From Flavobacteriales bacterium (GTDB lineage: Bacteria > Bacteroidota > Bacteroidia > Flavobacteriales_F > PHOS-HE28): a stretch of 64,000 nucleotides of DNA. The DNA lies in contig JADJVC010000001.1 of assembly GCA_016710685.1 (NCBI GenBank), positions 72,948 through 136,947 of the forward strand, in the 5' to 3' direction. The position numbers and the translations under genes were made by a program. Shown piece after piece: positions 62,449 to 64,000 of the stretch; positions within the stretch are counted from its first letter, which is position 1, and every line of letters begins with the position of its first letter. Under the pieces are notes generated by a model, which was given only the letters and a program-made list of their open reading frames with translations, was not told where the DNA came from and did no database searches.

Positions 62449-63431
62449 CCGCGGCCTACGGTCACTTCATCGCGAAAGGCCACCAACAACTCCACCAGTT
62501 CGTCGCCGATGCGCTCTTGTGCCTCCAATGTGGCCGCGCCGATGTGAGGGCTCAAGCTTACGTTGGGGTGTGCCAATAGGTCGGCACGTGGGGTGGGTTC
62601 GTTCTCGAACACGTCCAAGGCTGCCGCTTTCACCGTTCCGGAATTCAGGGCTTTCAGCAGTTCTTCCTCGTCGATGGAGTTGCCGCGCGCTGTGTTTATC
62701 ACCAGCATGCCTTTTTTCATCTGCGCGAATTCTTGTGCGCCCAACAAAGGGGCACCGTCTTCCGTGGCGGGAACGTGCAAGGTGATGGCGTCGCAGGAAT
62801 GGAGCAGTTCCTCCATGGGCACCATTTTCACCCCAATGCGCACCGTGTCGCCGTTGAATTGCACTTCAAGATGGTCCGCCGTGGCACTTCGGTCATAGTA
62901 GACCACCTTCATGCCGTTGCCGATCGCGTACCGCGCCACCCATTTACCAATACGTCCGAAACCAACAATGCCCAACGTTTTTCCGCGCAGCTCGGCACCT
63001 TTGCCGTAGCTCTTCTTCATCTCTTTGAAAGCTGCCGCATCGTGGCCTTCCACGCACATGCGGCGATTGGACTTGTACAGGTCGCGAACCAGACCGAAGA
63101 GGTGTGCCATCACCAGCTCAGCCACACTGATGCTGCTGCTGGCCGGTGTGTTCACCACGCGGATGCCCTTGCCCCGCGCGTACGTAACGTCGATGTTGTC
63201 CATGCCAACGCCGCCGCGCCCGATGAGCTTCAGCCCCGGACAGGCATCAATAAGGTCTTTGCGCACCTTGGTGGCGCTGCGCACCAGCAGAGCTTCTACT
63301 TTTTCCTTGTTGATGAAGGCCACCAGTTCTTCCTGCGGCACAAAATTCACCGTGATGGTGAACCCTTGTTCTTTGAAGGCCGCTTGGGCCTGTGCCGAAA
63401 TTCCGTCGTTCGCGTGTACGCGCATGTTCAA
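62445..63431 (-). CDS. serA: D-3-phosphoglycerate dehydrogenase / D-2-hydroxyacid dehydrogenase
   Basis: GIVGFGRIGK NAD motif; catalytic R/E/H; lies next to serC. Confidence 0.8.
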   Translation of the reverse strand: MNMRVHANDGISAQAQAAFKEQGFTITVNFVPQEELVAFINKEKVEALLVRSATKVRKDLIDACPGLKLIGRGGVGMDNIDVTYARGKGIRVVNTPASSSISVAELVMAHLFGLVRDLYKSNRRMCVEGHDAAAFKEMKKSYGKGAELRGKTLGIVGFGRIGKWVARYAIGNGMKVVYYDRSATADHLEVQFNGDTVRIGVKMVPMEELLHSCDAITLHVPATEDGAPLLGAQEFAQMKKGMLVINTARGNSIDEEELLKALNSGTVKAAALDVFENEPTPRADLLAHPNVSLSPHIGAATLEAQERIGDELVELLVAFRDEVTVGRG

Positions 63432-64000
63432 CCGTTCTTTTTTGCAAATTCCTCCATAACGTCAGTCAACGCCTTTACGCTTTCCAACGGCAAAGCGTTG
63501 TACATGCTGGCGCGGTAGCCACCAACGCTGCGGTGCCCACGGATGCCGCTGATGCCGGCTTCTTTCCACATCGCATCAAAAGCGGGCTCCAACGCTGCGT
63601 CCTTCATTACAAAGGTGGGGTTCATTTCGCTGCGGTCTTCTTTGGCGGTGGTGCCTTGGAAGAGGGGCAAGCGGTCAATCGTGCTGTAGATCAATTCAGA
63701 TTTTGCCGCGTTGCGCTTGGCGATCTCCGCGATGCCGCCGATGCGTTTCATCCACTCCAAGGTGAGCATGGTAACGTACACCGGGAATACGGGTGGTGTG
63801 TTGTACATGCTGTCTTTGGCGGCGTGGTTCGCAAGGTCCATCATGGGGCTTAAGGTTTTGCCCGTTTTGCCCACGGCATCCGGATTGAACAGGTACATGG
63901 TGGCACCGGCCGGTCCCATGTTTTTCTGCGCGCCGGCATAGATCATTGCGAAATCCTTCACGTTCACCGGGCGGCTGAAGATGTCGCTGCTCATGTCGCA
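63428..64000 (-). CDS. serC: phosphoserine aminotransferase, C-terminal part (5' end beyond window)
   Basis: Collinear with the SerC C-terminal half (GAQKNMGPAG, GHRSVGGYRASMYNALPLESV). Confidence 0.85.
   Translation of the reverse strand, partial: CDMSSDIFSRPVNVKDFAMIYAGAQKNMGPAGATMYLFNPDAVGKTGKTLSPMMDLANHAAKDSMYNTPPVFPVYVTMLTLEWMKRIGGIAEIAKRNAAKSELIYSTIDRLPLFQGTTAKEDRSEMNPTFVMKDAALEPAFDAMWKEAGISGIRGHRSVGGYRASMYNALPLESVKALTDVMEEFAKKNG

Noticed and set aside
1-64000. CRISPR arrays, integrase, transposase or toxin-antitoxin genes
   Set aside because: I scanned for short regularly spaced repeats and for recombinase or transposase-like ORFs and found none. The repeats present are long, few in number, and not spacer-interleaved.

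Overview
The window is a high-GC, Bacteroidota-like chromosomal segment. Many proteins carry a T9SS/Por C-terminal sorting domain, and there are TonB_C, LptD and SPOR-amidase genes. The backbone is housekeeping: gcvT, RNase P RNA (rnpB), lptD, an MlaD/MCE plus Fe-S pair, comEC, a SulP transporter, tRNA-Leu(GAG), a GH92/ROK/MFS mannose cluster, an ECF sigma/anti-sigma pair, clpC-like, gyrA, ppsA, and the serC-serA-DUF1015-yggS block. The most accessory-looking stretch is a visibly lower-GC hydrolase island directly downstream of rnpB (~9.7-14.5 kb). It holds an erythromycin-esterase-family gene, a DUF1287 gene, a PETase/dienelactone-hydrolase-like polyesterase with a T9SS CTD, and a further alpha/beta hydrolase. 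These are interleaved with two families of direct repeats (a 123-bp 'B' element upstream of hydrolase genes and a 74-bp 'A' element that duplicates the DUF1287 3' end) carrying recurring GAAGTCTTC/AGACTTC palindromes. No integrase, transposase or CRISPR was seen. Other notable items: a 136-bp direct repeat duplicating the 3' end of an S1/P1 nuclease gene and bracketing a decayed trypsin-like T9SS protease; a ~1,070-aa Cys-rich tandem-repeat T9SS surface protein split by a frameshift in a C5 run; a CACAGAT/ATCTGTG heptamer array upstream of comEC; a degenerate tRNA-Leu 3'-end repeat (possible att remnant); and two MITE/REP-like structured intergenic repeats. Three genes carry single-base frameshifts, which could be sequencing errors or real decay.
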